Assembly: GCA_029934055.1 (NCBI GenBank)
Contig: JAOZMZ010000008.1
Span: 1 to 41,287 of the forward strand
Reading direction: 5' to 3'
Length of the DNA stretch: 41,287 bases
Source: Kiritimatiellia bacterium
GTDB lineage: Bacteria; Verrucomicrobiota; Kiritimatiellia; B70-G9
The position numbers were made by a program, and so were the translations under genes. Position 1 is the stretch's first letter; the number at the start of each line of letters is the position of its first letter. The notes beneath the pieces were generated by a model that saw only the letters and a list, made by a program, of their open reading frames with translations, searched no databases and was not told where the DNA came from. This document shows positions 9,000 through 17,868 of the stretch, in pieces.

Positions 9000-10520
9000 A
9001 TGAGGGTGGTGGCTATGAACGCGGAAAGTCTTCCCGGCCAGCAGGAATATCGCGAGCAGATCATCTGTCCGAGTTGCGGGCGTTTCGTCGGTCCGCTGAC
9101 ACGTTGTCCGTATTGCGGGGCGCGGATCCGCAAAAGGTTGAGCGTGCGGCTGTTTCGTTACCTGGCGCTTCTGCTGGCGACGGTGGGGCTGTTTTTCTTG
9201 TATCTGATGGCCACCCACCGGGAGGTGCCGCGTATCCGCGTGGGAGATATCCGTCCGACGATGAATTTCGCCTACGTGCGGGTGGCGGGACTGGTGAGCA
9301 GCGATGCGCGCATATACCGGGAGGGGGATGCGGTGCGCAGTCTGCGGTTTACGGTCGACGACGGCAGCGGTGAGATTCCGGTGACGGCTTACCGGGCGCA
9401 GGCGCGGGAGCTGGTGGCCTCCGGGCGGGTGCCGCGAATGGGGGACAAGGTTGAAGTCGCCGGCAGCCTCAGCGTAGCGGCCGACGACCGGGTGATGATG
9501 CGCCTGCAGAGTCCCGACCAGCTCATACTGACGCGGGCGGAACTCCCCCTGATGCCGCTGGGAAGTGTGAGCACGAACGACGTGGGCCGCAGTATAATGG
9601 TAAAAGGTGTGATAAGCGACATTCGGGCGCCGCGTCCCAACAGCCGGGCGCCGTGGCTGATTCGGGTGAGTGATTCTTCCGGCGAAAAGGGGATATCCTT
9701 CTGGGATGACACGTATGCGGAGATCGCGGACAAGGACCGCCTGGTGCCGGGCGCGGCGGTGCGCGCGCGGGTGAGCGTGGGGACTTTTCGCGGACGGGTT
9801 CAGTTGCGGCTTGCGAGCGGCCGGGATCTCGAATTTCTGCAGGGAGAAGAGGCGGCGGCGGTTTCCGCGGGTGTGCGGCCGGAGGGACGCTACGAGAGAA
9901 CGCCGATCAGCGCCTTGAAACCATCCATGGTGGGGCGGGAAGTCGAAGTGAGCGGGCGGGTTCTGGACGTGCGGCCGCCCAGGGAGGGTTCGCGGGCTCC
10001 CTGGCGGGTGGTGCTGGAAGAGGATGGGGCCCAGGTGATGGTGGTCTACTGGGACAAGGTCGCCCGCCATCTGCGGGCGAAGCGGCCGGAGAAGGGCGCC
10101 TATCTGGTGGTTCGCGGGCGTTTGGCGGTTTACCGCGGCAGGCTTCAGCTCAAGGTGAGCAATTCGCGGGATATCGAGTTGACGCGGGCCCCGCAGCATG
10201 CGCCGGACGCCGGCAGCGGCGGGGGCGGGATTCTTCCGATAGCGAAGATCACTCCCGAGATGAAAGGGCGCATCGTGCGGGTTCGGGGTATATTGGGTCA
10301 GGCGCGTTCGATTCCCGGCGGGGTGGTTTATCAGTTGAAGGACGACAGTGGGGAAATAAAGGTGGTTCTGTGGGATCGTTTCGTTTCCGGGGAGGCGCGC
10401 GACGCGCTTGATACGGGCCGGCGGGTGCGGGTGAGCGGGAAGGTGTCCGAATATCACGGGCAGTTGGAGATAGTTCCTCAAGGTGCCTATCAGGTGGTGG
10501 TCGAGGACGGCGGAGAATGA
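9000..10520 (+). CDS. Membrane-anchored protein: Zn ribbon + one TM helix + four tandem OB-fold nucleic-acid-binding domains
   Basis: CPSC-x8-CPYC, a basic stretch, then TM LALLLATVGLFFLYLMA. Four repeats follow the pattern V.V.G.V ... DxSGEI.V..W ... G..V.V.G.V..Y.G.LEI (RPA/tRNA-anticodon-type OB). Alternative start at 9015. Confidence 0.88.
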   Translation: MRVVAMNAESLPGQQEYREQIICPSCGRFVGPLTRCPYCGARIRKRLSVRLFRYLALLLATVGLFFLYLMATHREVPRIRVGDIRPTMNFAYVRVAGLVSSDARIYREGDAVRSLRFTVDDGSGEIPVTAYRAQARELVASGRVPRMGDKVEVAGSLSVAADDRVMMRLQSPDQLILTRAELPLMPLGSVSTNDVGRSIMVKGVISDIRAPRPNSRAPWLIRVSDSSGEKGISFWDDTYAEIADKDRLVPGAAVRARVSVGTFRGRVQLRLASGRDLEFLQGEEAAAVSAGVRPEGRYERTPISALKPSMVGREVEVSGRVLDVRPPREGSRAPWRVVLEEDGAQVMVVYWDKVARHLRAKRPEKGAYLVVRGRLAVYRGRLQLKVSNSRDIELTRAPQHAPDAGSGGGGILPIAKITPEMKGRIVRVRGILGQARSIPGGVVYQLKDDSGEIKVVLWDRFVSGEARDALDTGRRVRVSGKVSEYHGQLEIVPQGAYQVVVEDGGE

Positions 10521-11851
10521 GTCTGGTACTGACAGTAGTGGTGTCGGTGCTCATCGGCACGCTGATTTCGACGGTACTTTCGTGCCTGCCGGGGTTGCAT
10601 GTTTACAACGTCATCGGGTTGCTGGTTCTCCTGGTGTTGACCCTGGGCTCGCACGGGGTCACCTTGCCGCCGGAGGTGTACCTGCCGTTCATCGCGGGAA
10701 TGATCGTGGGCTGGTCCATGCTGAACACGATTCCCTCGGTTTTCCTCGGGGCGCCGGATGAGAGTGCGATTTTCACCGTGTTGCCCGGGCAGAAGTATCT
10801 CATGTTCGGGCGGGGATTCGAGGGAGCCATGATCACCGGGGTCGGCGGCCTGGCGGGGGTGTTTTTCCTGGTGCTGGTGGTGGGACCTCTGGCCCCGCAC
10901 TATTTGCCGGTGGTCCAGCAGGTCATGCGGCCGCATATGCACTGGGTCCTGTGGGTGATCATAACCTATATTCTCATGTCCGAGTGGCCCAAGGGGGGTA
11001 ACTGGGGCCCGGCGGGCTGGTCGAAATTCTTCGACGCATGGCGTTCCCTTCTGGCGGGACTGGCGACTTTTCTGCTGGCGGGCCTGCTGGGGTTCATCCT
11101 CCTCTACCGTTCGCCGGTTTCGACGGACATGGCTTTTCAGAACATCATGCCGGCGTTCGTCGGGCTGTTCGCGGTCCCCTGGTGTCTGGTGAACATGATA
11201 AGCGGCGTTTCCGTGCCGGAGCAGCATGTCGCCGCATCCCTGGATATAGACGGGGACGTTATTCTGCGCAGCGTCGGGGCGGGTGGGCTGGGGGGTGGTT
11301 TCGCGGCCTTCTTTCCGGTGATCACCGGTGGTGTGGGGGGACTCCTGGCAGGGCATGCCACCGCCCAGCGCGACGAGCGCGTCTTCCTGATGTCGCAGGG
11401 GGTTTCCAAACTGGTCTACTATACCGGTGCTTTCATGCTGGCCTTTGTTCCGGGGCTGGGTATTACGCGTGGCGGAGGCGCCTGGTTGATCCGGACGCTC
11501 TACACCCCGCGCACGTACTATGACTATTTCATGATTCTGGGCGCGGTTGCTATCGGCGGTGCGGCGGCGTATCTGATGATGGAACCGCTGACGCGCGGGA
11601 TCATATGGCTGATCCGGAGGTTCAACTACCGCTACGTGTCGGCGGCGGCGCTGGTGATCATCATGGCGCTGGTATACGCCATCACCGGCTGGGTGGGGAT
11701 TTTCATTGCCGCGGTGGGTACAGGGATCGGACTCATCCCGGTGCTTTTTGCATCACGGCGGCTGAACTGTCTCGGCATCCTGTTGTTGCCGATCGCCTGC
11801 AACATGTCGGGCGTCGGGCATCACGTGGCGGCCTTTTTGCATTTGGTATGA
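10517..11851 (+). CDS. TctA/DUF112-family (tripartite tricarboxylate transporter-like) permease, archaeal-type
   Basis: About 12 TM segments; LPGLHVYN and IPSVFLGAPDESAIFTVLPGQKYLMFGRG motifs. ATGA overlap with the upstream gene. Confidence 0.85.
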   Translation: MSLVLTVVVSVLIGTLISTVLSCLPGLHVYNVIGLLVLLVLTLGSHGVTLPPEVYLPFIAGMIVGWSMLNTIPSVFLGAPDESAIFTVLPGQKYLMFGRGFEGAMITGVGGLAGVFFLVLVVGPLAPHYLPVVQQVMRPHMHWVLWVIITYILMSEWPKGGNWGPAGWSKFFDAWRSLLAGLATFLLAGLLGFILLYRSPVSTDMAFQNIMPAFVGLFAVPWCLVNMISGVSVPEQHVAASLDIDGDVILRSVGAGGLGGGFAAFFPVITGGVGGLLAGHATAQRDERVFLMSQGVSKLVYYTGAFMLAFVPGLGITRGGGAWLIRTLYTPRTYYDYFMILGAVAIGGAAAYLMMEPLTRGIIWLIRRFNYRYVSAAALVIIMALVYAITGWVGIFIAAVGTGIGLIPVLFASRRLNCLGILLLPIACNMSGVGHHVAAFLHLV

Positions 11852-12852
11852 AGGGTATATCACATTTTATTTCCGGGGTGGCGGCGGCGTCGTTCTGCCC
11901 GTGGGCGGTGCAGGCGGCGCAGGAGGGCAACCCTCTATATTTTATCCTGGGAGGAGCTTTCGGGCTCCTGCCGGACACGCTGGACTTCAAGTTCTACAGG
12001 TTTTTCTACCGCCACGAGATGTACGTCGATCCGGACCCCGAGAATCCCGATCCGCAGGCCATCGCGGATGCACTGGCGGATGCCGTGAGGCGCGCGGGTG
12101 AGGAGGGCCGACGGGTGCGGATAAAGCTGAACACCATCCGGCTCGGAGCGGATTTCTGGCGCCAGTATGTGGTCAAGTTCGATCCCGATGCCGGGGAGGT
12201 TCTGGTACGGTTCGGGCCGGTGGTGAATACCGGGCAGGTCCCCGTTCCGGGCACGGGAGGGGACGAGCGGGTCGGCCGGGCGAAGCTGGCGTTTCCGGTT
12301 GTGCAGACGTACGATGCGACGACGAGCGTGGACATCTTCGATGGCCCGACGTTCGCTTTCACGCGCGATGAGAGCGGTCGGGTGGTGATTCATTTTCTGC
12401 CGTGGCATCGGGAGTGGTCGCACAGCTTCGTTATCGGGGCGTTGTTCGCGCTGGCGGGGTGGGCGCTGTGGAGCTGGAAGGCGGCGGTGGTGATCATGGC
12501 GGGCTACTCGATACACGTTTTGGAAGACCAACTCGGGTTCATGGGTTCGAATCTCTTTTTTCCGTTTTCGCGGCGTCGTTTTCCGGGCATACACCTGATG
12601 CGTTCGGGAGACGCCCTGCCGAACTTCACGACCGTCTGGACCAGTTGCCTGCTGATATTCTGGAACCTGTATCGCCAGGGTCCGCCGTCGATATACAACT
12701 TTAGTTTTCTGCAACTGTTGGTATACGGGGCGGTATTGCCGCTGGGGTTGTTTGCGGCGGCGATCTACTTCGTGCGGCGGCTTTCCGGCGGGGGGGAGGA
12801 AAGCGAGGAGATAGACCTCTCAGACGAGTGGGGCGATCCGAAGATGTCGTGA
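11848..12852 (+). CDS. YdjM/DUF457-like membrane-bound metal-dependent hydrolase with a large soluble insertion
   Basis: MKGISH, LLPDTLD, HREWSHS and HVLEDQLGFMG..LFFPF motifs. True start is ATG 11848 (ATGA overlap with the TctA stop). Confidence 0.85.
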   Translation: MKGISHFISGVAAASFCPWAVQAAQEGNPLYFILGGAFGLLPDTLDFKFYRFFYRHEMYVDPDPENPDPQAIADALADAVRRAGEEGRRVRIKLNTIRLGADFWRQYVVKFDPDAGEVLVRFGPVVNTGQVPVPGTGGDERVGRAKLAFPVVQTYDATTSVDIFDGPTFAFTRDESGRVVIHFLPWHREWSHSFVIGALFALAGWALWSWKAAVVIMAGYSIHVLEDQLGFMGSNLFFPFSRRRFPGIHLMRSGDALPNFTTVWTSCLLIFWNLYRQGPPSIYNFSFLQLLVYGAVLPLGLFAAAIYFVRRLSGGGEESEEIDLSDEWGDPKMS

Positions 12853-12943
12853 ACTTCCGCGTGCGGGGGGGGAGGAAGAGCCGGATGTTGCCAAGAGTAT
12901 GCGGCAGCGGATAAAGTAGCCTGCCGACAGGAGACGAGCGAGG

Positions 12944-13684
12944 ATGAAAGGCGTGGTATTGGCAGGCGGACTGGGAACGCGATTGTATCCCCTGACGAAG
13001 ATCACCAACAAGCATCTGTTGCCGGTGTATGACCGGCCCATGATCTACTACCCGATCCAGATGCTGGTGGAGGCGGGCATCACGGACATAATGATCGTGA
13101 CCGGGGGCAACGGCGCCGGTGAGTTTCTGAGGCTGCTGGGCAACGGCCGCGATTTCGGGTTGAAGCGGATTCACTACACATACCAGGAAGGCGAGGGCGG
13201 CATTGCCGACGCGCTGGGTTTGGCGGAGGAATTCGTCGAGGGCGACAAGGTCGTGGTCGTACTCGGTGACAACCTTCTCGAAAGGGGGATCCGTAGCGGC
13301 GTGGAGTCTTTTCGCCGCCAGCAGAGGGGGGCACGAATATTCCTGAAGGAGGTCGAGCATCCCTGGGAATACGGGATCGCGCAACTCGAGGGGGAGCGTA
13401 TCACCGGGGTGATCGAGAAGCCGCGCGAGGATGTCGGGCGCCTGGCGGTGATCGGGGTCTACATGTACCCGGCGGACGTTTTCGACGTGGTGCGGGGTTT
13501 GAAACCGTCGGCGCGCGGTGAGCTGGAGATTACGGATGTCAACAATCATTACATTGAACGCGGCGAGATGGAATACGAGATCGTCGAAGGCTGGTGGGTG
13601 GATGCGGGCGAGAACCACGGCGCCTTGCTGCGCGCCAACATCATGGCCGCGCGCCTGGGCGGCGAGGGGGTGTCACTGGAATGA
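12944..13684 (+). CDS. rmlA: Glucose-1-phosphate thymidylyltransferase (short SpsI-like form)
   Basis: LAGGLGTRLYPLTKITNKHLLPVYDRPMIYYP, LGDN, EKP and SARGELEITD motifs. Confidence 0.93.
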   Translation: MKGVVLAGGLGTRLYPLTKITNKHLLPVYDRPMIYYPIQMLVEAGITDIMIVTGGNGAGEFLRLLGNGRDFGLKRIHYTYQEGEGGIADALGLAEEFVEGDKVVVVLGDNLLERGIRSGVESFRRQQRGARIFLKEVEHPWEYGIAQLEGERITGVIEKPREDVGRLAVIGVYMYPADVFDVVRGLKPSARGELEITDVNNHYIERGEMEYEIVEGWWVDAGENHGALLRANIMAARLGGEGVSLE

Positions 13685-14532
13685 AAGTCACCGTCGTCGG
13701 CAGCCGGGGGATGCTGGGCAGTGACCTGGTTGCGGCCGGCCGGCGGCGCGACCTGGAAATTCAGGGGTTGGACCTGCCGGAGATTGATCTCACCAAGTTC
13801 CGCGACGTGTTGGGAGTATTGCCGGTTTCCGACTGGGTGGTCAACTGTGCGGCCTACACGAACGTCGACGGGGCCGAGAAGGAGCGGGCGGCGGCGCACG
13901 CGGTCAATGCGCAGGGGGCGGGCAACATTGCCCGGGCGTGCCGCAAGAAGAAGATGCGCCTGATGCACATAAGTACCGACTACGTATTCAACGGCAAGCT
14001 GAAGCGTCCCTATCGTGAGGAAGACCGGCCGGACCCGATAAACGTGTACGGGGCGAGCAAGCTGGCGGGGGAAAAGGAGGTGCGCGCCGAGGGGGGACGT
14101 TTTCTGATTGTGCGCACGCAAGCGCTTTTCGGACGGCACGGCCACAACTTCGTCAAGGCGATCATGCGGCGGATATGGGAGCATCCCGGCGAGGTGCTCA
14201 AGGTGGTGGACGATCAGATAACCGCGCCGACCTATACGCGGCATTTGGCGGAGGCTTTGCTTGATCTGCTGGAGTTGGAGCACGGCGGGGTGGTGCACGT
14301 TTCGGCGGAGGGCGAGTGTTCGTGGTACGAATTTGCGCGTGAGATCGCGGCGCTGGCGGCGCCGGGGACGCCGGTGGAGCCGATTACGAGCGAGGAACTC
14401 GAGCGGGCGGCGCCGCGCCCGCCGTACACGGTGTTGAACAAGCATCGTTTCCTGATATGGACGGGTCGGCGGATGCCGGAATGGCGGGTGGGCCTGCGGG
14501 AGTATCTCGAAGAGGAGGGCTGGTTGGCGTGA
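13681..14532 (+). CDS. rmlD: dTDP-4-dehydrorhamnose reductase
   Basis: GSRGMLG, NCAAYTNVD, ISTDYVF, YGASK and DDQITAPT motifs. Start ATG 13681 (ATGA overlap). Confidence 0.95.
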   Translation: MKVTVVGSRGMLGSDLVAAGRRRDLEIQGLDLPEIDLTKFRDVLGVLPVSDWVVNCAAYTNVDGAEKERAAAHAVNAQGAGNIARACRKKKMRLMHISTDYVFNGKLKRPYREEDRPDPINVYGASKLAGEKEVRAEGGRFLIVRTQALFGRHGHNFVKAIMRRIWEHPGEVLKVVDDQITAPTYTRHLAEALLDLLELEHGGVVHVSAEGECSWYEFAREIAALAAPGTPVEPITSEELERAAPRPPYTVLNKHRFLIWTGRRMPEWRVGLREYLEEEGWLA

Positions 14533-15542
14533 AGATTCTTGTTACCGGAGGGGCAGGATTCATCGGGTCCAATTTCATCCGATACGTTCTGCGCGAGCAC
14601 GACGATATCGAGGTGGTCAATTTCGATGCCTTGACTTACGCCGGCAACCTGGAGAACCTCGCCGGGCTGGAGGATGATCCGCGTTACCGTTTTGTCCGCG
14701 GTGATCTGGCTCTCGAATCGGATCTGGAGAGGGGTTTCGGCGAGGGCCCCTTCGACGCGGTAGTCAATTTTGCGGCCGAGAGTCATGTCGACCGCAGCCT
14801 GCACATGGGGGCTGACCGGTTCATTTTGACTAATATTCTGGGGACGCAGTTGTTGCTCGACGCGGCGCGGCGCAGCGGGGTCGGCCGTTATGTTCAGGTT
14901 TCGACGGACGAGGTCTACGGCGACCTGGGAAGCGAGGGGGTTTTCACCGAGGAAACGCCTTTGGCGCCGAACAATCCCTATGCGGCCACCAAGGCGGCGG
15001 CCGATCTGCTGGTGCATGCCGCCTGGCATTCGCATGGGATCGCGGCGGTGATAACGCGTTGTTCGAACAATTTCGGGCCCTATCAGTTTCCGGAAAAGCT
15101 GATTCCCTTGATGATCGCCAATGCCTTGGAAGAGCGTCCTTTGCCGGTATACGGGGATGGGCGCAACGTGCGCGACTGGATATACGTGGAGGATCATTGC
15201 GCGGCGGTGGACCTGGTGATGCGGCGCGGGCGGCCGGGCGAGGTCTATAACATCGGTGCGATGAATGAAATGCCGAACATCGAGGTGGTCCAGCGGATCC
15301 TGAAGTATCTGGGTAAGCCCGAGAGCCTGATAACATTTGTAAAAGATCGGCCCGGCCACGACCGGCGCTATGCCATGGATGCGTCCAAGATCCGCCGCGA
15401 ACTCGGGTGGCGTCCACGTTTCAGCTTCGAGGATGCCTTGGCGGCGACGGTGGAATGGTATCGGACGCACGATGACTGGCTCAGGCATGTGCGCAGCGGA
15501 GAGTACCGGACCTATTACGAGGAAATGTACGGCGGGCGCTGA
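14529..15542 (+). CDS. rmlB: dTDP-glucose 4,6-dehydratase
   Basis: VTGGAGFIGS, AAESHVDRS, VSTDEVYG, YAATK and DRPGHDRRY motifs. Start GTG 14529 (GTGA overlap). Confidence 0.96.
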   Translation: MKILVTGGAGFIGSNFIRYVLREHDDIEVVNFDALTYAGNLENLAGLEDDPRYRFVRGDLALESDLERGFGEGPFDAVVNFAAESHVDRSLHMGADRFILTNILGTQLLLDAARRSGVGRYVQVSTDEVYGDLGSEGVFTEETPLAPNNPYAATKAAADLLVHAAWHSHGIAAVITRCSNNFGPYQFPEKLIPLMIANALEERPLPVYGDGRNVRDWIYVEDHCAAVDLVMRRGRPGEVYNIGAMNEMPNIEVVQRILKYLGKPESLITFVKDRPGHDRRYAMDASKIRRELGWRPRFSFEDALAATVEWYRTHDDWLRHVRSGEYRTYYEEMYGGR

Positions 15543-15553
15543 GTACCGCCTGC

Positions 15554-17860
15554 ATGAGCGGCATGGCGATGGACGAGCATGCGCTGGAGATTTTTCGGCG
15601 GACGTTGAGTCTGGACGAGTCTGAGCTGGAGGCGACCTATACCGAATTCCGCAGCCGCCGGGACGATAAGAAGGCGGAGGCCGCATCCGAGGAGGACGAA
15701 TTCCTGTCCTACCTGCGCCGCCGGGGCGTTATTTCGGACGACACCTACCGCCGCGCGGCGGCGATGATGCCGGTCGAGGTGACCGGTCGGGCTGGGGCCT
15801 CTTCGGTGATGGAATCCATCCGCTACGACCTGTTCGATACCATCGCCGAAGGCGCCATGGGTACGATCGTCGTCGGCCGGGACCGCGATCTGCGCAGGAA
15901 GGTTGCGGTCAAGATCCTCAAGGCCGAACCGGTTTCGGAGGATGTCCTGCGGCGTTTCATCGGCGAAGCGCAGGTCACTGCGCAGCTTGATCATCCCAAC
16001 ATCGTCCCGATCTACAGCCTCAACATTTCTCCGGAAGGCAGCGTTTCGTTTGCGATGAAGTTGGTGCATGGCAAGACCCTCAGAGAATTCATCGCCGAGA
16101 CGCGGGGGCAGTACCGCGCGCGCGGGCGTCCGGACGGTGAACATTCCCTGCACGCCCGGCTGGCGGTTTTTCTGAGAGTGTGTGATGCGATCGCTTTTGC
16201 CCACAGCAAGGGAGTGATCCACCGCGATCTCAAGCCCGACAATATCATGATCGGCGAGTTCGGGGAGGTGTACGTCATGGATTGGGGGGTGGCGCGGGTG
16301 GTTTCCGGGAAGGGGGAGGGCGGGGAGTGCGCGGAGAACGTCGTTCCGTCACCGTCCGACGAATGCAAGGTCATCGGCACGCCGCGTTACATGGCCCCGG
16401 AACAGGCCCGCGGCGAGTGCACGCGGGTGGACGAGCGCAGTGATCTTTATGCGCTTGGGATAATGCTTTTCGAGTTGACGTTGCTCAAGCCGGCTCGGGA
16501 GGGAGAGACCCTGCGGGAGATGCTGCGCAATGCCGAGGAGGGCAGGCTGGCACCGCTGGAACACGCCGTGGCCGGTGAGCGGGTACCGGTGGAAATCAAG
16601 GCCATTGTGCGCCGGGCGACGGCGTTGAGGATGGACGAGCGCTACGCTACTGTCCGGGAGCTGGCGGATGATATCCGCCGGTTTCTGCGTGGCGAAGAAG
16701 TCCGGGCGAAGCCGGATACGCTGATTCAGAAATACGCGCGCATTCTCGGGCGCCACCGTTACGGTGCGCTGGTGGCGTTGCTGGCGGCATTCGGCATTGC
16801 GGGTGTGGGAGGCAGCTTGGGGTTGTACGCCCGGATCAAGTCCATGCGGCTTGCGCACTTGCGGGAGAACCGCCTGGCGGCGTTCCAGTCGTCCGTGGCG
16901 CGGCGCAGTCACCTGATAGATAGTCATTTCGTACGCCTTGAAGAGAAGGCGATTCATCTGGCACGCAGCAGTGCCCTGCTGCTCGAGCACGGCAGGCCGG
17001 CCGGGACGGCGGTGTATGAGTACAAGGCCTTCGGCCGGCATGGTGAGGGTGTGCCGGGGTTGGCGTACGCCCCGGCTTACGGCATGCGCGTCAGCCTGGA
17101 ATACCCGGCCTGCAAGGTTCCCGAAGGTCATACGTTTCGCGAATCGGAGGAGAGTTTCCGCCGTTTGGCCCCCTTGAGAGAAGAAATGCGCGGGATTCTC
17201 GAGGGCAGCCGCATTGATCGTGAAAAGGATCCGCACTGGTGTATCAGGGTGCCGGGCACTGTGGTCAAGTGGGCCTACGTGGGGTTGGAAGGCGGTGAGT
17301 ACATGTGTTATCCGGGGTCGGGCGACTATCCTGCCGACTACGACCCGCGCCGCAGGCCGTGGTACCGGCGGGCCGTTGAGGCCGACGCGCCGGTATGGAG
17401 CCGGCCGTATGTAGACATCGACGGGCATACTCTGGTGCTGACTTGTTCGGTTCCAATTCACGGTCGCGAGGGCGGGCTGTTGGGGGTGGCCGGAATAGAC
17501 TTGCTGGTCGAGGCGATCGTGGAGAACTACGCCAGACCCGCCGCGCGGAGGGCGATATCTTCGGGGACGGAAGCGGCGCCGGTACTACGGGCCTGGCTGT
17601 TGGATGGTGAGGGGCGTATCCTGATTGACTCAGGCGGGGGGCCGCGTCCGGGTAGGATCGAGGAAGGAGTCTTCAAGCCGGCGTTATTCTTTGATGAACA
17701 GGTGGTGAGATCTGCCAGGCTGGGGCGACCGGGTCTCTTTCACCGCGGACACGGGCGTAGCGCCCGCGCTCTTGTGAGTTGTCCGGTACCGTCGCTGGGG
17801 TGGGCATATGTGGAGTCGGCGGACATGGGCTGGCTGCTGGGTGACGCCTTTTTCAGATGA
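15554..17860 (+). CDS. Membrane Hanks-type Ser/Thr protein kinase with extracytoplasmic dCache sensor domain
   Basis: AEGAMG, VAVK, HRDLKPDN, DWG and GTPRYMAPE kinase motifs; one TM helix; then YDPRRRPWY...PYVD...GVAGID Cache motif. Confidence 0.92.
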   Translation: MSGMAMDEHALEIFRRTLSLDESELEATYTEFRSRRDDKKAEAASEEDEFLSYLRRRGVISDDTYRRAAAMMPVEVTGRAGASSVMESIRYDLFDTIAEGAMGTIVVGRDRDLRRKVAVKILKAEPVSEDVLRRFIGEAQVTAQLDHPNIVPIYSLNISPEGSVSFAMKLVHGKTLREFIAETRGQYRARGRPDGEHSLHARLAVFLRVCDAIAFAHSKGVIHRDLKPDNIMIGEFGEVYVMDWGVARVVSGKGEGGECAENVVPSPSDECKVIGTPRYMAPEQARGECTRVDERSDLYALGIMLFELTLLKPAREGETLREMLRNAEEGRLAPLEHAVAGERVPVEIKAIVRRATALRMDERYATVRELADDIRRFLRGEEVRAKPDTLIQKYARILGRHRYGALVALLAAFGIAGVGGSLGLYARIKSMRLAHLRENRLAAFQSSVARRSHLIDSHFVRLEEKAIHLARSSALLLEHGRPAGTAVYEYKAFGRHGEGVPGLAYAPAYGMRVSLEYPACKVPEGHTFRESEESFRRLAPLREEMRGILEGSRIDREKDPHWCIRVPGTVVKWAYVGLEGGEYMCYPGSGDYPADYDPRRRPWYRRAVEADAPVWSRPYVDIDGHTLVLTCSVPIHGREGGLLGVAGIDLLVEAIVENYARPAARRAISSGTEAAPVLRAWLLDGEGRILIDSGGGPRPGRIEEGVFKPALFFDEQVVRSARLGRPGLFHRGHGRSARALVSCPVPSLGWAYVESADMGWLLGDAFFR

Positions 17861-17868
17861 AGGCCGTC

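Noticed and set aside
8934-10481. 515-aa minus-strand ORF
   Set aside because: Antisense shadow of the OB-fold gene; Pro/Arg/His-rich with no motifs, as expected in high-GC DNA.
11605-11847. N-terminal extension of the YdjM-like ORF
   Set aside because: Overlaps the TctA coding region; the family motif starts at MKGISH (11848) with an ATGA coupling.
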